A stretch of DNA of 63,943 bases, counting the filler, from Octopus bimaculoides (Eukaryota), in NCBI RefSeq assembly GCF_001194135.2. It is 9 parts of 9 records of this genome, joined end to end, with 100 filler letters (N's around TTAATTAATTAA, not from the genome) between each part and the next. Parts side by side here need not be neighbours in the genome. Positions count along the whole stretch, not along the records: positions 62,843 to 63,943 come from NW_026362908.1; 8 more parts are not named here. One strand, written 5' to 3'. Positions within the stretch are counted from its first letter, which is position 1, and each line of letters starts with the position of its first letter. A program made the translations under genes and the position numbers. Below the pieces are notes generated by a model. The model saw nothing but the letters and a program-made list of their open reading frames with translations, had not been told where the DNA came from and made no database searches. Shown here in pieces: positions 63,912 to 63,943 of this stretch.

Positions 63912-63943
<32 letters not shown>

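Overview
AT-rich, microsatellite-saturated eukaryotic DNA from a gapped draft assembly. The repeat families point to a coleoid cephalopod, most likely Octopus (inference from recalled SINE families, not from a search). Almost every ORF in the supplied track is an artefact of simple repeats or N runs. The real content is mostly transposon debris: three or four tRNA-derived SINE families, RTE LINE fragments, four L1/Tx1-type fragments, four R4/Dong-type (restriction-like endonuclease) LINE fragments, Penelope-like elements (one with recognisable RT plus GIY-YIG, one 5' fragment with a hammerhead-like motif) and several MITE or foldback elements. Two or more well-formed, phase-compatible exon candidates on the + strand (10962-11083, 18156-18215) suggest an unidentified host gene that I cannot name. 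The most unusual structures are a 455-bp long-TIR element carrying an in-register telomeric hexamer array (43174-43628), an 80-nt ungapped hairpin (47161-47240), a second long-TIR element (55917-56449), a fold-back at a LINE 5' junction (17676-17761), and an apparent left-to-right change in CpG decay among copies of the same SINEs. I see no CRISPR array, rRNA or intact tRNA gene. All translations and alignments were done by eye.
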